Assembly (NCBI GenBank): GCA_000002445.1
Contig: CM000208.1
Span: forward strand, 2,240,001-2,304,000
Length of the DNA stretch: 64,000 nucleotides
From: Trypanosoma brucei
Taxonomy: Eukaryota
Reading direction: 5' to 3'
Shown here: positions 22,018-32,919 of the stretch, piece after piece
How positions within the stretch are numbered: position 1 is the first letter of the stretch
How the letters are laid out: each line of letters opens with the position of its first letter
Made by a program: the position numbers and the translations under genes
Notes under the pieces: model-generated
Seen by the model: only the letters and a program-made list of their open reading frames with translations
Told to the model about the DNA's origin: nothing
Database searches by the model: none

Positions 22018-23100
22018 ATGACAGTTTGTCTTGTTCTACTAACTGGGCTGCCAGGAGCGGGGAAGACGACACTAGGCAAGGCTCTTAAACAGTTGGGGGA
22101 TCACATAACCCATGAACTCTCCCTCATAGTCACGGCAGTGGTGGAATTAGATGACTTTATGTGTAACGTCGGTGCGAGTAATGGGTCCCGTGTAGAGAGT
22201 ACCGTTTTCGATCCAAGTCGGTGGCGAGAGGCGTTCGAAGCGGCTCGTCAGGCAACTCGCCAGGAGTTGGAGCGGTGCCTAATGATGGAGAGGAATAAAG
22301 CGGTAATGCACTTGGTTTTTCTGGTGGATCCGCTGCCATATAGGAGTATGAGAGCATCGTACTGGAAAATGTGCAAGGAATTAAGTGCCAAGTGTGCTGA
22401 GACTCACTTTCATGATTCATGGGAAGTGCAGAGCATTGTTGTCTTGTTGGAGGTGCGGATGAACACCCCGGAGGAGGTTTGTCTCCAACGCAATGAGCTC
22501 CGCGCCGGAACCCCGCAGTATATTCCCCCGTATGTTATTAAGGGGATAAGTGACTCGTTTGACCGTGGTGACCTCACTGCTGTGCTGCCGGGTACAGACG
22601 GAAATATGTGGGCCGTACTTCCCGGGCAGAGGTCGGCACCGTGGCCCGTTCTTTTACTGGTTGATGAAGTGAGATGTTGCGCGTCACCACCCAATTTGTT
22701 GGCCACGCAGTTGCTGGAGCGTATCCGAGGGGAAGACATAATGCGTGAGATGACGGAACAACAAGTAAGTGTTTTTAATTATTACAAGTGCCAAGTGGAA
22801 GGGGGGAAGTCGAAGTGCTTGGCGAGTGGAGAAGCACATGACAACGTTAACAACTGTCTTCATCAAGTGGACCTCCACATGCGGGCAGTTGTGGGACATT
22901 ACATGGTCCAGCGGCAGAGTATTGGTTCACTGAAGCCAGGCACTGGGCAACGCGTAAGCAAATGTCGTTCGACCCACTACGCGGGAATTCGGGCAGCAAT
23001 CACGAAGGGAACGAGAAACACAGGAGGATCTTTTTCCGAAGTGCAAGGACTACTGCAGCAGTTACTTTTGGAATTCGAGCATGCCTTAGTAGATCTTTGA
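22018..23100 (+). CDS. PSTK: O-phosphoseryl-tRNA(Sec) kinase (PSTK; KTI12/PSTK P-loop kinase family)
   Basis: N-terminal Walker A in the PSTK arrangement, VCLVLLTGLPGAGKTTLGKAL (cf. human LCVLCGLPAAGKSTFARAL). Also ELDDFM (cf. AYDDVMP), HLVFLVDPLPYRSMRASYWKMCKE, and an exact CLQRN motif as in human PSTK (...ETCLQRNGQR). Confidence 0.8.
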   Translation: MTVCLVLLTGLPGAGKTTLGKALKQLGDHITHELSLIVTAVVELDDFMCNVGASNGSRVESTVFDPSRWREAFEAARQATRQELERCLMMERNKAVMHLVFLVDPLPYRSMRASYWKMCKELSAKCAETHFHDSWEVQSIVVLLEVRMNTPEEVCLQRNELRAGTPQYIPPYVIKGISDSFDRGDLTAVLPGTDGNMWAVLPGQRSAPWPVLLLVDEVRCCASPPNLLATQLLERIRGEDIMREMTEQQVSVFNYYKCQVEGGKSKCLASGEAHDNVNNCLHQVDLHMRAVVGHYMVQRQSIGSLKPGTGQRVSKCRSTHYAGIRAAITKGTRNTGGSFSEVQGLLQQLLLEFEHALVDL

Positions 23101-23624
23101 GAAACGTGCACGAGGTATGCTGTTGGGTGTGGCAAAAGTTGCTGAGAGCAAATGTCACGTGGTTGTTTGACGTGTCAGCTCCTTCATCTGTGCTGGTGGT
23201 GATTACCGGCATGTGTCTCTTGAGAAGGTACATGTGAGTTTAGATCCTTTTTTTTTGTTTTTAGTGTCTGCAAACTTTCCCACGTGTTGGTCGTGTTCTC
23301 TGTCACATCCCCCTCCCCTGCCGCTCTGTCGTCCGCGCCTTGCTGGGACTGGAGAGTTTGCCCTCATCTGTGCGTGTACACGTATCCCGTACGTCCCTAA
23401 CTTTTCTATCATTTCCTCCCCCCGTTGTTTCGCTCTCTGTTTACTTGTTTTTCACGTAGTGTCGGCTGCACTTCTCTCCTTCAAGGGGGTTAGCACTTTA
23501 TTCCCTCACTTCATCCTTCTGATTTTTTTTTCCTTTTCCTTCGTTATATATCTTCACTTCTGTCTGTGTCGACTCATGGAACCGTTCCCACTAGACACAC
23601 ACACCCACACACCGTAGGAGTGCA

Positions 23625-24548
23625 ATGGAATCCACAGTCACCGGTGAACCGTGTCATGCGTGCGAAAAGCAGGAAACAACTGATGAACACAGTCGCTGTG
23701 GCCGCGGGACGCTGCCGCTGTACCACATTCATTCAACGAAAGTGCCAGAATACATGAAGGACAATCCATACATCTATACTGGCTATAGGGCACAGTATAC
23801 CACTATGATGTGCCTGCGGAGTTTCCTTGCGGTTCACAATGAGTCGTTGAACGTGTGGACCCATGCGTTTGGGTTTGTTGTTTTTGTATTGCTTTCAATT
23901 CTACTTTTCACGAACGTGGTGCTGGCCCGAGAGTACGTTTGGCACTGTGTAGTTTATGGAGGCTTTAGTTTTGCTTGCCTAATGTGTATGCTATGTAGCA
24001 CAGTTTACCATCTGTTCATGTGCCATGAGAATGAGGCAGTTTCATTGTTTGTGGAGCTTGTGGACTATCATGGCATTAGTGTCCTCATAGTGGCGAGTTA
24101 CATTCCCCTGCTTTACATTGGTTTCGCCTGTAAGCCATATTACCGGGCAATTTATATGGTGAGCATCATCATGTTTGGTACTTTAAGCGTTGTTTTCTCC
24201 TCTCTACCAAGTCTCCGTGATGCAAAGTATCGATGGATTCGCACAACTGTTTACATTCTCATGGCTGTAGGGGGAATTGTGCCCCTCCTACATTTCTATG
24301 CCTTTACACCCCACAATACTGAAAGTATGATGCCACTCAAAGGTGTGGCACTCATGTTTGCACTTTACGGTGCTGGAGTCCTCTTCTACACATCCCGAAT
24401 TCCTGAACGTTGGTTCCCTGGTCGGTTTGACATATACCTTTCAAGTCATCAAATATGGCACGTTTTTGTACTTGCAGCCGCCTGTGTTCATTTTTTCAGT
24501 TGCACAGCACTGTATCAGCAGTGGTTGGTGAGCCGACACATTTGTTAA
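23625..24548 (+). CDS. PAQR / hemolysin-III family 7-TM protein (adiponectin-receptor-like), copy 1
   Basis: 307 aa. Shows PAQR hallmarks: YIYTGYR, NVWTH, multiple TM helices, HLFMCHSE-like His motif (YHLFMCHENE), DYHGISVLIVASY, and the C-terminal SSHQIWHVFVLAAACVHF (HxxxH metal-binding motif). Confidence 0.85.
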   Translation: MESTVTGEPCHACEKQETTDEHSRCGRGTLPLYHIHSTKVPEYMKDNPYIYTGYRAQYTTMMCLRSFLAVHNESLNVWTHAFGFVVFVLLSILLFTNVVLAREYVWHCVVYGGFSFACLMCMLCSTVYHLFMCHENEAVSLFVELVDYHGISVLIVASYIPLLYIGFACKPYYRAIYMVSIIMFGTLSVVFSSLPSLRDAKYRWIRTTVYILMAVGGIVPLLHFYAFTPHNTESMMPLKGVALMFALYGAGVLFYTSRIPERWFPGRFDIYLSSHQIWHVFVLAAACVHFFSCTALYQQWLVSRHIC

Positions 24549-24663
24549 ACTTTGAGTACACATGCTGTACCACTTGGGGAAGCAAATGCTGCTAAAAGGT
24601 GATGGCGCTCGATTGAGGCAGAGTGAATAAATTAAGCGGTGACGGTCCGAAATGGTGGTGTGG

Positions 24664-24690
24664 GGAGGCAGGCGAGAGAGAGAGAGAGAG
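24664..24690. repeat. (GA)13 dinucleotide microsatellite
   Basis: cgagagagagagagagagagagagagaaaaaaa downstream of PAQR copy 1. Confidence 0.9.
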
Positions 24691-25599
24691 AGAGAGAGAA
24701 AAAAACGTCAGGTAATGCGGCTTTGATGATATCATCTACCGTATTCGGTATATAGACTGTTGTTCGTGTTGTCTCCCCACCCACCTTTTTTTTAAACACC
24801 ATTTAATATATCCATTTTGATTTTTTTTCTTTCGGGAAGTATTGTGGGTTGCTGAAGGACGGGTTTCACACAATGTTTTTCTGTTGTAATTTTTTTTGTT
24901 ATATATATATATATATATATAAGCCTTACCATTTACGCTTTTTCACTCGCTGTAGTGCCCACGTTGTGTTGCCTGCATGTAGTTATCTCGTATATTAGCG
25001 TACACGTGACGAAGTTGAGGAAGCAAAGGGGGAAAAGTGCTACGAAGAGGGACCGGAGAAACGATGATAAAAAAAGAAAAAAAACCGACATAATTGGTTA
25101 TTTTCTTGGTATAAAATAAATATGCACTCGCACATTCCTTTCTTGTTTCCCCCACTTAACCCAACACATATCATTTTTTAGGTACGCACGCAATTATTTT
25201 ACATGGCGCCCGCCCTGCTCTTTCTTTTTTTTTTTCACCTTTCATTTCCCGTCTGGTGGTGGGAATCAAAATCACGGCACAATCGCTCCACTGTTATATT
25301 AAATGCGGTGGAGAGGGGGGGTTGTCTTCCCTTTTTTTCTTTTGTTTTACGGTGTGTTTTTCCGCTTACATACGTGTATCCACGTAGGAATTTTCGAGTA
25401 TGCGCCTTGATTCCTTTATATTTGTCACTAAGTTAAAAGATTTGTCTCATTACTTGTTTAAAACTCACTCGTTTGGGTAGGCTTAGTCGTCGGTATCGTG
25501 GCCATAAGGAATCCGGTACATTCGACTGGGCAGGCAAAAATTCTCGTGTGCGACAGAACTTTTACGACACGCAAAAGCATCCATTCTGAAGTTTAAAAG

Positions 25600-26649
25600 A
25601 TGATTTCATCGAGATTTCGAGGGGAAAACGTGAGCTCGGCATCAACAACCATCACAACAAATGGCGGCGATCAAAGTGAGAAAACATGCAGTTCCTCCTC
25701 AAGCATGCGTGCGACTGAGGCGCCAGTACCGTACAACAGTAATCCAGATCTTCCATTGTATACTGTCGATCAGGTTCCACCCCATCTTGCGGAAAATTTA
25801 TACATTCATACCGGCTATCGCATGAATTATAGTGCAGGCATGTGCTTCCGTAGTGTTTTGGCTTTGCATAATGAAACTTTTAACGTATGGACGCATCTTA
25901 TTGGGTTCGTCATATTTCTCATTGTCTCTTTTGTTTTTTCGATCGGAGTTCTGATTCCCAGGTTGACGGACCGTCCAGGGGAGGGCAGCGAAACCGGTGG
26001 CAGTTCCTTCCCCGACACGGTGTCTCTGCTTGGTTTCCACTGGCCGACACTTTCTATATTTGCAGTGTATTCTGTGAGTTGTCTCATGTGTATGCTCTGC
26101 AGTGCGGCCTTTCATACGTTGATTCCTCACAACCATCCAGTAATATACCGCATTGCTCATACATTGGATTACTTTGGCATCACCTTCCTTGTAGTTGGGT
26201 CATTTCTGCCCATGTGTTACTTCTGCTTTGCATGCAAACCGCACTTGAGATATATTTACCTTATTATGGTGTCGCTGTTTGGTGTTGGTGGGCTTGTGGG
26301 TCCCTGTTTTCGAAGGTGGACTGATCCAGCTTACATGTGCGCAAAGATCACCTTTTACGTTTGTATGGTTGGAAGCGGTCTCTTGCCCGTTTTTCACATT
26401 TACTTAACACTTCCCAGTAGCGCCACGGCATCGGTTGTACAAGGTTTATTACTTATGATGGGTCTCTATGGAGTGGGTGTTATGATTTACGCATTGAAAG
26501 TGCCTGAGTCCTTGTACCCTGGCGAGTTTGATATTTATCTTTCCAGTCACCAATTGTGGCATGTTTTTGTGCTGTGCGCAGCTGTTGTTCACTTCTTTAA
26601 TTGCGCTTCCATGTACATTAACTTTGATAAAATGGCGCTCAACTGCTAG
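25600..26649 (+). CDS. PAQR / hemolysin-III family 7-TM protein, tandem paralogue (copy 2)
   Basis: 349 aa with the same motif series (LYIHTGYRMNY, NVWTHLIGF, AFHTLIPHNH, DYFGITFLVVGSF, SSHQLWHVFVLCAAVVHFF) but a divergent, longer Ser-rich N-terminus. It sits immediately downstream of copy 1. Confidence 0.85.
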   Translation: MISSRFRGENVSSASTTITTNGGDQSEKTCSSSSSMRATEAPVPYNSNPDLPLYTVDQVPPHLAENLYIHTGYRMNYSAGMCFRSVLALHNETFNVWTHLIGFVIFLIVSFVFSIGVLIPRLTDRPGEGSETGGSSFPDTVSLLGFHWPTLSIFAVYSVSCLMCMLCSAAFHTLIPHNHPVIYRIAHTLDYFGITFLVVGSFLPMCYFCFACKPHLRYIYLIMVSLFGVGGLVGPCFRRWTDPAYMCAKITFYVCMVGSGLLPVFHIYLTLPSSATASVVQGLLLMMGLYGVGVMIYALKVPESLYPGEFDIYLSSHQLWHVFVLCAAVVHFFNCASMYINFDKMALNC

Positions 26650-27561
26650 CGGCGAAAAAAAAAAAGTATTTATTTGTGAATTTACGTAATGATGCGATTG
26701 CACACGAACGCAAACGTCCGCATATGTGTGTGTGCGCATACGTGCATATGACGAGGGAGAAAAAAAAGAGAGAGGGAACATCCACCTAAAGTGAGGGAAT
26801 GTGAATGTTTTTTTTTTTAAATGTTGTTGTTGTGTCCATTTGCCTAGTAGTCGATTCAGATTTTTTCTGTACATGGTTTAATAATGAGACGAGAGAAAGA
26901 AAATAACTGTGGAGGGAGTACATATATATATATATATGTGTGTGTGTGTGTATGTGGTTGCGTGTGCATTTAAGAACACAATAAAAAATAAAAAAGCGAA
27001 GAAGGAACGGGAACCGTGTCACTTCATTATCTGCTGAGGCACGCGATGGGTTCTACACGCACCTCTCCCCATACTCTTGTGTGGTTATTCTTGGTTTATC
27101 TCTCAGACATAATATATTTACCATAAGTTGTTGTTCACCCGCTGTGCTAAGGTCTGTGGGACGCGATAATTTCACACATGTGGTAACGAGGCATTCATCA
27201 TTCTTTTCTGTTTCTTCATCTTGAGAGGACGGTTTATATTTCGTGCGTTTGTGGGTAACTTTAGTTGATAACAACATATGGTTAATTCTTTTTTTTTTGT
27301 TGCTGTGCCGTTGTTTGGCGTCAATTTTAACCCTCCATCTTCTCCACATCCCCTCCATTTATTTGTGAGGTGTGTTGTGAAGGTATTTTTTTTTTTTAAT
27401 TCCTATCCGTAATTTAAACAGAAATATCCCAACGTCAAAAAAGACAAAAAAGGGAAAGAGTGTGAGTTCATAGTACAGATTGAGATAGGTTTATAAACAT
27501 TTATATATAGTTAACCCAGTGAATAGGTATCAGCAACAGGCGGGACCCTGCGTTTACTTGC

Positions 27562-28479
27562 ATGAAATCATTGGAAGATTTGAACGGATGCGACATTCTT
27601 AATCGCGTTGAAAAGGCATTGCGGTTGTGCGAACAGCAGCGAGCCTGCCAACAACACATGCTTCAACTCTTGACAACTGTTGAACAAACTCTTGAGGCCA
27701 CTAAATCCGACTTACCGCGCACTCCTAAACTCACAGTACCGCAAAATACGCCTTTAACTTCCCGTTATTCACAACAGTGTATTGGCAAAATCAATTCAAG
27801 TGATGATTCCGCACAACAATTTCACAGTAAGGCGGAGGTCACTTCATCGCTTCGTAATGTCGTTTATGTGCTTGATCAACTCAACTACAGAGCCACTGCC
27901 GCGTTGTTAGACTTGTCAGCGCGCGTTAGTTGCATCGACAAGCGGGTGCAGCACCTCACTAATATTTCTAAGAGAAATGTGATGGCAATAAACGAGCGTA
28001 TGGAAAGAATTAAGCAAGAAGCAGCGGTGGGAGCCACTTCATTGGCTGTTATGGCGACAGTTGTGCGTCTTGGTTGTAGTGAATCCGAAATGGAATTCGC
28101 ATGCCACCGTGAGGAACAAAATGGGGTTGGGAGCGTTGCAATGCGGTCGGAACCCACTTGCAGTAGTGCCATACGCACGGCGTGGAAATCTCTTGAGGAG
28201 GCGGAGGCTTCCGCCATTATGAGTTCAGCTGAAGCTCATGAAGCGGTAGCGAACACAACATGTGGCCTCTTGCGTGCGAGTCTAATGGAGGAATTTAAGG
28301 CGCAACGTTATTTTCCTTCGAAACGTGTTTGGCAACGGCGTCGTGACGGTCAGGCGGAGTGGAGTCGAAAACTGCGGGAAGCGGCTGCGCAGCGAAAAGT
28401 GACGGCGTGTGTGAAGTGGCAGCGCCACGAAAAGGCCGTTGATGAGGCGATGGATGGCGAGTTCATTGGGGAACTTTAA
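27562..28479 (+). CDS. hypothetical protein
   Basis: 305 aa ATG ORF, alpha-helical and Ala/Glu-rich in its C-terminal half, no domain recognised. The minus ORF 27885-28217 is a shadow. Confidence 0.55.
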   Translation: MKSLEDLNGCDILNRVEKALRLCEQQRACQQHMLQLLTTVEQTLEATKSDLPRTPKLTVPQNTPLTSRYSQQCIGKINSSDDSAQQFHSKAEVTSSLRNVVYVLDQLNYRATAALLDLSARVSCIDKRVQHLTNISKRNVMAINERMERIKQEAAVGATSLAVMATVVRLGCSESEMEFACHREEQNGVGSVAMRSEPTCSSAIRTAWKSLEEAEASAIMSSAEAHEAVANTTCGLLRASLMEEFKAQRYFPSKRVWQRRRDGQAEWSRKLREAAAQRKVTACVKWQRHEKAVDEAMDGEFIGEL

Positions 28480-29763
28480 TCACATGCGCAAAAAAATAAA
28501 CAAATGAAGTGGGGAATCTATTGAGTTATACATTTGTAAGCTACCGCTATGGGGTGCGGTGGAATTCTGTTCTTCACAGGGGTGACGTAACGCATGTTGT
28601 GTTCATATTTCTTTTTTTTTTTAATTCCTTCAGCTGTTTTTTTCTCTTTTCTTTTTAGTTTATTTACATGTATGAGAACATATTATTATGTATTGTTTCA
28701 TCCATTGTGAAGTCATTGGTTTATTATTTTTATGATTATTATTGTTGTTGTTGTTCCAGTCGAATTTATAAGTCACTTACTGCTTGTGCATATTGCTTCC
28801 GTGTCTTCTTCCGCATGTTTGAATTGCTGCATTTTACTGCTTTTCTTTTCTTTTTTTTATTTTCGTTCTTTTGACTCCCCCACTAATTTATATTCATCGC
28901 AAATACAAATGTTTATTTGTACTTTAGCATTAGCGTTTCAAGCGAACACATATTCAAGTGGAGCCGAAACAAACAGAAAACAAAACCAAGGGAATAAGCA
29001 CTAAGTGCAAGTGACGGACAAGACAAATACATCAAACAGTTTATTTTCAAAAAAAAAAAGGAGGAAATATAATTACATTTATACAAGGAAAAAAGAGAAC
29101 AAACATAGGAAGAACAGTAGAAAAATAACTTGTGCAGGGAAATAACCGCGACTTCACACATATATATATATATATATTTGGTTCAAGGAAGAGAGTCTTA
29201 CTCGCCTCGGGGGGAAACCACCCAATCTCAGTGAAGGTTAGTTTGTTTTTTTTTTTGTGTGTGTGTGTCTGGACGTAAAAGAAAAGAGAGGAAAGAAATA
29301 AAAGAAAAAGGAAGAAAGAAAGAAAACAAAAAGTGACGTGAAGGCGGAGATCAAACAAAAAGGAAGAATAAACACCGTACGGGTAGATTCATACCTTATT
29401 GGTAAAGTCGGGGCGCTCGCGTGTTTGGGTGTTTGGGTGTTTGTGTTTGTTTTTTTTTTTACTTAGAGGAAAAGTAAAAGAGGAAAGGGGAAAAAAAAAC
29501 TCCAGCGCAGCCTCTTCTTTTCCACATTTTTACGGGTTAGTTGTCATTTGACGGGTTCACGTCCTTTTGGTTTCTTTGTTTACTTCGGTTACTTTGTTTA
29601 TTCCTTTCTTTTCTCGCCTCCCGCCTTTTTCTTCTTCTTACTCTTACACTTTTCATTGTGTCATTTACTGTTACTAATTATAATTGTCATTCGCTCCTCT
29701 TTTCAATCCACTCCATTTATTTTTCCAATTCCGCTTCGACTTCGAACTCTAATTTTGGTTTGA

Positions 29764-29795
<32 letters not shown>

Positions 29796-31107
29796 CCAAA
29801 CAAACAAATAAATATATTTAAGAGAGAAAAGAGGTGCAGAGGTACTGTAACTTTCAGTTACACGTTCAATCGAGATTTACTTTGCCGTTGAGCCGGAAAA
29901 TATAAATAAATAAATAAAAAGCGAAAGTGAAAGTGAGAAGGTTGCACGTACGCCCATACCAAATAAATATTTTTAAGTAAATAGAGGAAGTAACAGGAAA
30001 AGGTGTTGTATTTTGTATTTATATCTCTTTTCCTCATACGTGGTGAAGAGCAGAGGGTCTCCAAGCGTGAAGCAGAGCTCTTCATCATTGTCTCAACTTC
30101 CATTCCTTCTATTGTGTTTTTTGTTTTTTTTTCCTCCTTTTTGTGTTTGTGTGTTTGTGCGTGTCTTTCCTATATAATTTGCATCGCTTGAAACTGCAGG
30201 CTTGTAAGTTTGTTTTTTGAAAGGATTGAACTGCGTATTTTTGTAAGTCTTTGATTGCGCAGTCACATTAATTTTTTTTTGTTTTGTTGTGTTTCGTCTT
30301 CCGCGTGGTTTGATAAAAGGATCAACTGAAAGAAAAGGGAACGAGGAACTAAACGAAACGAAAAGAGGCAAAAAAAGAAAAATAATAATAATAATACACA
30401 CACACACACAAGGGGGAAAAAACAAGGACTGGTTCTGTCGTCGTTTGGTTGGTGTTGGTTTCTTTTTTTTTTTATTCTGAATTTAGTTGTTACATTTTTA
30501 ATTATCTTCTGGTTGTGCTGCTTGGGAAGTTCACCTTCCCTCAGAGTTGAACAACTGAGTTGGCCATTATTTGTGTGTGTTCGTTTCTGAATTTTGTTTA
30601 GTTTTAGTGTAGATTTTCATTACTTCTGTTCATTCATTCATTCCTTTTTGGTCTTTTGTGTTCGACTGTTTTTGTTGTTGTTGTTGTTGTTTTCTTTTTG
30701 CACTCATAAAGTCGTACGAGTGGCAAATCCCAAGGGATTAAATTGAGCGAGTGTGGAAAGAGGAAAAACAAAAAGAGAGAGGAGAAATATATATATATAT
30801 ATATATATAATACGGAGTCACTGATTGGACTGTGGTTGATTTTTTTGTTTGGTCGATTTGTCGAGTAAACAGAAAACGAAGACGGAGAGAAGAGAAAAGA
30901 AAAGAGATTTTAACGCGTTTTGTTTGTTGTTTCTCCTCCGTATCGAAGTGATCACTACTTGTCGTTCCCCTTATACATTAGGAAAATAAATAAATAAATA
31001 AGAGCCACACTGCTCTCTAGGAGGGAGAAAGAGAGAGAGAGAGTAGGGTTCTTTTTATTTCTTTTGGTGCTTGTTCGATCGTCACGGGAAGTTGCAGCGA
31101 GCTCAGG

Positions 31108-32919
31108 ATGGAACACGAAATTCATAAGGGAATGGAGGCTATAGTTGAGCAATCTGGTGATAACCGGGCTTCTGGTGAAGTAAATGCTGAAAGTAATGTA
31201 CATAGCCCTGCTTCTGTAACCGCAAAAGATGGGTGTGAATTTGCCCGGCGCCGGATATCGACACGGGGAATACGAGGATCGGTGCGGAGTCCATATTATT
31301 CTCCCACTCGCTCATCCGCAATGTCTCCCGTTGGTAATGGAGAAAAAGGTGACCAAGAGAAGGAGGAGGGTGAGGGTGCTGCTGAGCCGGATGTGGTACC
31401 TGATATTGATGTCATTCCTCGATATCGCAGTCATCCAAACAGGTCTCAGGGAAGTTTTTCACATCTCACCTACAATGTACATTCACCAGCACACTCGCGT
31501 ATGAGCAGCTATGAGCGTATATCATGGGACTCCCAGGCGTGGAAAGATGTTTTTCCAGAAAATGCCTTCTTGGGTGATCAGTCAAAGGATCTCCTCCGTC
31601 TGCCACACTCTTCCATGGATTTTTATCACGGCTCTCCCACTCAGCAATGCCGCAAGCACGTCCGCTCCCTCGCGACGTGGGGCAAAGTTGAAGGAGATGG
31701 CTCTCCAGAGTTGTTGGCGACGCGTAATAGCTCCCCCATGCGGCCAGCTGGGTGTCAATCACTCGTTAGTACTCTGGATGCTCTACCGGAACCAATCTAC
31801 GAAACTGCTCCATTGGGTCATCAACATTGTTTCAGTCTCTCGAGTCGTAAAGACGCCGCATATCTGAAAACTGAGGCTGGAGGCGAAGCCACAGCTGTCA
31901 CCAACGAGGCGGGAGAGCAACCATCGAAGGGGCCTGCAATGACACATGTATTGGTGGCGTTTAAAAGCTTGTATGGAGTGTACTACGTTCCTGAAGCACA
32001 GTGGGGAACAATTGGAATTGGAGATCTCGTATCAGTGGAAAGTCACTCTGGGGAGAACACCGGGAAGGTTATTTGTGATTTGACACATATCATGAGTGAA
32101 GCATCGCACATGCCAGCTGAAATGGCTCAGTGTCCGAGACATGTTCTGTGGCCGGAAGACGCATCGGCCCCTCTAGAAACGATTAACCCCAAAACAAATG
32201 AGGAGGTACTGCAGCGTCTCCCCCGCGTACTACGAAGGGGAATGAATAAAGGTAAAAAGAGACTGTACTACGCCCGTCGACGCGAGAATGAGGCTCTTGA
32301 CGTCGGCAATAGGCTCGTTCGGGACCGGAACTTCAATTTGGCTCTCACCAGTGTAGAGTATCAAGTCGATTTCAAACGGATAACTGTGTTTTGCAAGGGC
32401 GATAGGTCGCACGTTGATCCTTCCGAGGTTCTCATCTTCTCGCAGCAACTGGCCTCCAGTCTCCGCGGCTCAATTGTTAGTGTGGTGTTCGCCAACGAAA
32501 TTCCTGAGAGGTTGGATGTTACGGGATCTATAACTAAAGCCGCCTTCCAGGATATATACACCGATGCACTAGCTAAGATAAAGGAAGCAGAGAGTGCACA
32601 ACCGCAGCGACAGGCATCATCATCACCTGTGAGACAATCCACAACAGCAGCAGGGGGGCCTCATAACAACATGCGCGCGTCACACATTTACCCCGATCCG
32701 CAATTAGCCGCAATGAACCATACGCCTCTCATGCCATTTTATGGTGTACCGCCTCCCTTTTCTCCACCCGTTGCGCCGGGAGCGCCACCCCTAATGAATG
32801 CAGTAGGTATGAATGGATTATATGGAATGACTGGAGTCCCTCCCATGAATTGGGGAATGCCCACACCACCTCCTTATATTCCTCCACATTTACCTCAAAA
32901 TGTACCGGGAAGAATGTAA
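31108..32919 (+). CDS. PSP1 C-terminal domain protein (putative RNA-binding / post-transcriptional regulator), Pro-rich C-terminus
   Basis: 603 aa. The segment VAFKSLYGVYYVPEAQWGTIGIGDLVSVESHSGENTGKVICD ... LALTSVEYQVDFKRITVFCKGDRSHVDPSEVLIFSQQL matches the PSP1-C conserved core (EYQWDRKKLTFYYTADRRIDFRELV). The C-terminal 100 aa is Pro/Met-rich (PPFSPPVAPGAPPLMN...PPYIPPHLPQNVPG). Confidence 0.7.
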   Translation: MEHEIHKGMEAIVEQSGDNRASGEVNAESNVHSPASVTAKDGCEFARRRISTRGIRGSVRSPYYSPTRSSAMSPVGNGEKGDQEKEEGEGAAEPDVVPDIDVIPRYRSHPNRSQGSFSHLTYNVHSPAHSRMSSYERISWDSQAWKDVFPENAFLGDQSKDLLRLPHSSMDFYHGSPTQQCRKHVRSLATWGKVEGDGSPELLATRNSSPMRPAGCQSLVSTLDALPEPIYETAPLGHQHCFSLSSRKDAAYLKTEAGGEATAVTNEAGEQPSKGPAMTHVLVAFKSLYGVYYVPEAQWGTIGIGDLVSVESHSGENTGKVICDLTHIMSEASHMPAEMAQCPRHVLWPEDASAPLETINPKTNEEVLQRLPRVLRRGMNKGKKRLYYARRRENEALDVGNRLVRDRNFNLALTSVEYQVDFKRITVFCKGDRSHVDPSEVLIFSQQLASSLRGSIVSVVFANEIPERLDVTGSITKAAFQDIYTDALAKIKEAESAQPQRQASSSPVRQSTTAAGGPHNNMRASHIYPDPQLAAMNHTPLMPFYGVPPPFSPPVAPGAPPLMNAVGMNGLYGMTGVPPMNWGMPTPPPYIPPHLPQNVPGRM

